Of a stretch of 64,000 nt of DNA, positions 58,801 to 64,000 are shown one piece after another. Positions within the stretch are counted from its first letter, which is position 1. Each line of letters begins with the position of its first letter. A model generated the notes under the pieces. It searched no databases. It was not told where the DNA came from and worked only from the letters and a program-made list of their open reading frames with translations. Source of the stretch: Paraphysomonas bandaiensis (lineage: Eukaryota > Protista > Chrysophyceae). The stretch is taken from assembly GCA_965644295.1 (NCBI GenBank), contig CBFFRP010000020.1, positions 62,001 to 126,000 on the forward strand, written 5' to 3'. The position numbers were made by a program, and so were the translations under genes.

Positions 58801-61767
58801 CATGTATACACACAATGGCCAACCCAGGTAGTAGTTGGGAAATTGAGCTGTTACCTCTGGTTTTGATGATGTAGCTGTGAAGAGATTCTGTTTCTCTGTA
58901 GAACTGTCCGTTTTCTTCTTCGCCGCTATTTTGACTGTACCTGCACTTGGAAACCCATGGGCAACTGAATTCTCACTTAGTACTTTCACCCAGTCGAGTG
59001 CTTCTTTATCGGTTTCCGCAATTAGAGTCATCTATTAAGTATAGTTTATGAGATAGAGACAGCAGTTGAATGATAATAGTGATCCACAACAATACATCAT
59101 AAAAATCACATTGCCAAGTTTCCACCCACCTTTTTACCAGGAAGAGTGATACTGAGGTATCTGTAGTCAGTCTTGTCCACCATACATCGACATTTGCGCA
59201 CATCCCACTTCCCAGAGTGTCCGTTTTTCTTCTTCGCATCGGATTCTTTCTAAAAGAAATCACTATCAAATATTTAATATGTCGATACGTGTGATTCAAA
59301 ATATATGTAATGGCTACATAAAAACTATAGGTGCGTATATCTGATAACCTTATAGCAGTACAATCTGCCATCTTTCTTCAGCACGAACAAATGTGGAGTA
59401 TAATGCTTGTTGAAGTAATTCTTTTTCTTCAAAATCCCTTCATGAACAAACACATTGTCATTTTCTTCGCTTTCGTCATCTTCCTGTTGCTCACGGTCGA
59501 CTACACTGCGTCGCCCCTCTTCCATTTCCTCAACACTATTGGTGGATTCATTTGTTGAATTTTCTTCCATTGATGTTTGCGACGCCACTACGCAATAGAA
59601 AGGACTTAAATATAGAAATAGCGCGACTATACACACCATCCCAGCAACTTTATATATATACCACATGTAACTACACGACTCTCTATTTACATGATTCTCC
59701 ACAACACGTACTTACCTGCTAATTTCTTCGGGCTAGACGGTGTACACAGAGCCGTATCTGACAGGGGAGGGACAGGAGGTGCTGGAGGCGCACCAACTAA
59801 GCCAGTGTCTCCCACACTAGTCTTTTCTAAATCAAATGACACATAGGTTAGCGAAACAGCATGGCAGACCAAAACAAATTGCAATTTAACATATATTGAC
59901 AGTATAAGTGTAAAGCTGAAAGTGGGGTAATAATAATAATAAGTTACCTAAGACTGCCCTCTTTGCCTTTTGCCGTTCAGACTTTTCTCGTTTGACGTGT
60001 ATGGACCTAGTCATGTACAGTGTTAGACATGTACCCATAGCACCGAGAAACAAACCTTAGTATACTATATTTTTTTCGAAGGTCTGCAAGTTCTTTCCTC
60101 AACAGAGCATTCTGCAGTTTCACAAGTCAGTCGAAATAATATAATATTCTGACCCCAGTATAATACCTCCTCTTCTTTTAGCTGCATGGCCGCAAAAGTA
60201 CTACCGAAATCTTCCCCATCACCCAAAATATTCTCCCCATCAGGCCCCGCAGGAGTGTGGTTTGCCTCAGGTATACCGTCTAATGGTGCTTTCGTTGCAG
60301 ACCCCTCTGTAGACGCCTTGGATGACGAACTGCAATACGATACATGTCAGCTGCAATTCAGTAGATTTACGTAACATTATATTATCGTATTGTAGTTATT
60401 AAGAAAGTAAAAAGCTACGAATATATGGTACTTACAAAAATGAGAAGGATGATCGCTTATTCACGGCCTGAGGTGGGGTTTTGACATCTACCCCTCCTGT
60501 GCTTGGGGCAGCAGGATATCCTGCAATCGACCCCCGTGTTGTAGAATCGTAGCAGAAACTCCCTCTAGAGCGAATAACCATTGACTGACGACCTGTGACG
60601 GCAAGATCTGATGTGTTAAGACTAGAGGCCGCAGTTTGGGGGGTGTTGAGACTAGGAGGAGCCTGTAATGCGAAGTGCAAGTTAAAATGAGGCTAAAAAG
60701 TGGTAGCAAAAAAACAATAACACTTCCAGCTACCCACCTTTCCTCTCATTGAGCTGGACACATCATAAATTGGTACGACAAGTTTCGCACAGTCCAGGCC
60801 GTTTCTGCCCCACCTCACTGCACACAAGCTAGTCACACACTACAAAGCACATTCGTGCTAAACCTCATAGATGCGTAAGGAAGTAATAACATGCCATTTC
60901 AACAACATATCAAATCAGGAAATACAAAAACGGATTGACAGCGACATAGTGACCGATGCCTCTACAAGTCTAAACACGCACAACAGAGATATAACTTTCG
61001 AATTCACATTTCCACTCATGCTCCTAAGCCTGTAATACCTATAATATCACCAATACACTCCTGTGCAGGGACAAGACAATACTGAGTTGAGTCCTTAATA
61101 TCTTTTTCAACTTCAAAGAGCGCCACATTCACCGAAAAACAAATCTAATCCATAAAACGTAAGGTAAGGTTATAATATAATTTACGTTATTAGATACCTT
61201 TGCTGCAATATCTTGGGCTGTTACAGTTTCATCATAGAATACAGTCTTGAAAGATCCATCGAGGAAATAAATGCGACACAGGCTGTCAGAGACTTTAGAT
61301 GTTGCATTCAGCAAAGCTAATTCTCGTTCGCGCTGGTAATTTGCTTCCATTTGTATTTGTTTCTTTATCTCCATTGTATCAAAACAGTCTACAAAGATGT
61401 TTTAGTACGGCAAAACTGTGCGATTGCGCCTAACATATGCGAAGCTGTATATCTTACCATCACAAACTCGCTGAGGCTCTGCTTCTTCATCTCCTGCGAT
61501 CTTGAGTTTTCGTGCAGAACAATCTTTACAAACTAGTCTGCCACAGCGTCTGCAGTGATCTACAGAACAATCAAACACGTAATCTCCATATGTTAAACTT
61601 ACGTCTTCTATTCTTTAATGTCCACGGGCTTTGGCATATTAAGCACCCCCTACAACCACATTTAATAAACCCTTTTATGCTTATTAATAAAGTAATTACG
61701 GGCTAAAGTCATCCGGCATCCACTCAATGCCATCTTTCTGTGTAACTAACTTAACTTGACTGGTCAT
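55839..61767 (-). CDS. FYVE - Ras-association/FERM-N - PH - Sec6(EXOC3)-like multidomain protein (roughly 20 exons)
   Basis: Spliced N-terminus WMPDDFSPGCLICQSPWTLKNRRHHCRRCGRLVCKDCS...RVCDDCF (FYVE). Then CRIYFLDGSFKTVFYDETVTAQD (ubiquitin-like fold), HEGILKKK...LFVL...LYCYK...EALDWVKVL (PH), and CAYVNN...LFKEEW...TLQEY..DLK.WL...ERLQEDF (Sec6-like). Confidence 0.7.
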
Positions 61768-62468
61768 CTATCCAAACTATGCTTTACAATTAAAGTAAAC
61801 AAAGTTCAGATGAGTAATATAAACGATAATGGTACAATCATTGCTAAGAAAAGTGGAAGCTACAGCTAGTTAAAACATGTGAGTAATTTACATACATGAC
61901 TATTAAACATAACATACAGCACACTACACACACCCAAAATCACAAAACTACTCGTTTTATAACTCAATTCCATATGAATTCCGATTTCCACCCAGAAAAC
62001 AACACATTTATGTGTATAAACCAAACCCTATTCACATTTCATAGGAAAGTAGGGTGACTACTACTGCTGCTGCTGCTGCTGCTGTATGGCAATGTTATAG
62101 CTTCTGGAATACGGAATACATGAATACTACAAACCAGGAATACGTTACCAAAATTGGGTGGTATCTTTCTGATCAAAAAACACACACATCGAATCCACGT
62201 ATTGAAGAGTGCTGTAGGGGGGACGGGGCGGAGGATCATAGAAAATGTAACGTGTAAAAATGACGAAGCAGAAGTTCATAATACCTCAAAATGTCGTATG
62301 AGGTGATGGTAGTATATATGCATATGGAAGAAGTGTAGTGGTTAATATCTCAGTTAACTATACTCATATTCCCTAATAATGTTACATACCTGTAACTTAT
62401 TTAGTCTCATTGTCTTATCATGATCATAATATGATCTCGATGTCTACTTAGAGATTGTTTATTTCATC

Positions 62469-64000
62469 ATGAGTACAGTGATTAATGATGACGATAAGAG
62501 TGACTATGGTATGTTTAATCAGACCTATAATGAGCTTCAGCTATTTGGTGCCTTTGCATTAGTTGCTGCTTATCTTACTCTATGCTCAGAAGGCCTTAAC
62601 GTGGTCGAGCGTATGACTGTTGGGACATCTTATCACCTCATGCTTCAGCGTATATACCGAGAGATCATGATGGTTGGGTTTGCATCTTTTGCATTCACTA
62701 TTTTTGATCACACGAATGTGTCTCTTCAGTCGGGATTTTATGTTGCTTTCGGGTTTGCTGATTTATGTTGTTTCGTGATGGCATGTGTGTTTTGCTTTCA
62801 AGGATGTTTAATCATGCTCGGTTCTGTTGGGCAGTCACGTTTATGGCATATCGCTGCTAATATCTCTTCTCCGCAGCTCCATGTAGATGTTGAAAAAGTT
62901 AGAAATACACTGGCTTGGAAATGGAGATATTTTCCATTCTGCACTACTCGAGACGAAGTCGAGTTTCGCATACTACGCACAATATTTCAGTCAGCATACA
63001 CGATCAGTACAGCCGTGGGCGATTTTGATTTTGGTATGTTTCTTCGGGCTACTCATGAAGCTAATATTCTAAGTATAATCGAGATATCGGCAATCAAGTG
63101 GTGCCTTGTGCTGTTCTTAACGGCAGTCACATGTATAGAGATTGCTGTCTGGGCCCATCACTGCAATACGAGCGATTGCAATGCCAGCATGAGTATATGG
63201 ATATTCTCGGGTGGAGGGTGCATCAACCTATTTCTCGCGATAGTACTCTACTATTGGGGAAGGACGAGTGAGCTACGACTGCTACAGACCAGTGGTGTGA
63301 TGGACTGTGAAGACTATGTAGCATTTGTTTTGACTGAAGACGACGCTCATGATGCCCTTCAGGACACCGCTAAAAAGAATAATTATGTTCGCGATACTAT
63401 TACTGAGTTGATTGCCGAAGAAAGAGAAAAGAAGCTTCTGGAGCAGAAGAAACAATTCAAGGCGCGCTTCACGGGTACTCTGTCTCAAGCCTCAATGATC
63501 AATAAAATAAAAATGATACGCGAGCGGTCGAAGACGATCTTTACTTCCAGGCAGAACCTTCGTGTATCTCCTTCACGGTCAGATTCTAATAATGACTCAG
63601 AGGGTGTAACTGGAGCAGCCTCCTCTGAGAGTGCACAATGTGTACGTGCAGGGAGTCAAACGGATGCAAAGTTATATACAGAAATTCAAGCTATTCCTGA
63701 AGGACACCCGGATTGTTTGGCTGAGATGGATGAGGAGTCGTCGTCGATATCTTCTCGAGCCCCTTTCGGTGACAATAAGCCTATTGTTGATACTGATAAG
63801 AGGGTAAAAGAAGCAACACCTGGTACAAATATGTTAGAAGGGTCTAATCCCGGCTTTGGTGGCGTTTTGTCACCCAAGAGCAATGGTGCATCTGCCATGC
63901 CACCCAAAAACCTTTCCTCACACAGTGGCACAGAGGTCACTCAGGCGGACCACCCTGACAGTTTGGTAACCGAAGATATTTCATCAAGAACACGTCCAAG
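62469..64000 (+). CDS. MLO-like multi-pass membrane protein (3' end beyond the window)
   Basis: Open frame from ATG 62469 with LQRIYREIMMVGFASF and EFRILRTIF...DFDFGMFLRATHEANILSIIEISAIKW, matching the MLO ELM..GF.S and FDF...IS...W motifs. Confidence 0.75.
   Translation, partial: MSTVINDDDKSDYGMFNQTYNELQLFGAFALVAAYLTLCSEGLNVVERMTVGTSYHLMLQRIYREIMMVGFASFAFTIFDHTNVSLQSGFYVAFGFADLCCFVMACVFCFQGCLIMLGSVGQSRLWHIAANISSPQLHVDVEKVRNTLAWKWRYFPFCTTRDEVEFRILRTIFQSAYTISTAVGDFDFGMFLRATHEANILSIIEISAIKWCLVLFLTAVTCIEIAVWAHHCNTSDCNASMSIWIFSGGGCINLFLAIVLYYWGRTSELRLLQTSGVMDCEDYVAFVLTEDDAHDALQDTAKKNNYVRDTITELIAEEREKKLLEQKKQFKARFTGTLSQASMINKIKMIRERSKTIFTSRQNLRVSPSRSDSNNDSEGVTGAASSESAQCVRAGSQTDAKLYTEIQAIPEGHPDCLAEMDEESSSISSRAPFGDNKPIVDTDKRVKEATPGTNMLEGSNPGFGGVLSPKSNGASAMPPKNLSSHSGTEVTQADHPDSLVTEDISSRTRP

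Noticed and set aside
36042-61767. Apparent cluster of membrane-traffic/phosphoinositide genes (GPCR-PIPK, TMEM230, EH protein, FYVE-Sec6)
   Set aside because: Interleaved with unrelated genes, and such functions are common; there is no evidence of a functional cluster without synteny data.

Overview
Gene-dense eukaryotic nuclear DNA with short GT-AG introns (mostly about 45-130 nt). It is most consistent with a stramenopile protist; this is an inference from the GPCR-PIP kinase, the MLO-like protein and the oomycete-like hAT relics. I can reconstruct 20 host genes by manual splicing plus one intronless orphan ORF. Genes: NAA10-like acetyltransferase, myosin, flavin reductase-like protein, bestrophin, Tudor/PWWP-like protein, arylsulfatase, two-pore K+ channel, SGNH-like protein, coiled-coil protein, PGAM5, PDCD2L, MATE transporter, GPCR-PIPK, 2OG-Fe(II) oxygenase, TPR protein, TMEM230-like protein, RNase H2A, EH-domain protein, FYVE-RA-PH-Sec6 fusion and an MLO-like protein running off the right edge. 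Sixteen of the 20 host genes sit in head-to-head pairs with ApT-rich 5' regions. The intergenic DNA holds two MITE families (4 and 2 copies), a ~350-400 bp dispersed repeat (2 copies), hAT, pogo-like and LINE relics, and two long TATG/CATA microsatellites. The strongest novelty candidates are the FYVE-RA-PH-Sec6 architecture (fragmented in the ORF track), the myosin with a duplicated EF-hand/p25-like tail, the K+ channel with two non-canonical filters, and the promoter architecture. I found no rRNA, tRNA or CRISPR array. All protein calls come from motif recognition by eye, and exon boundaries are unverified.
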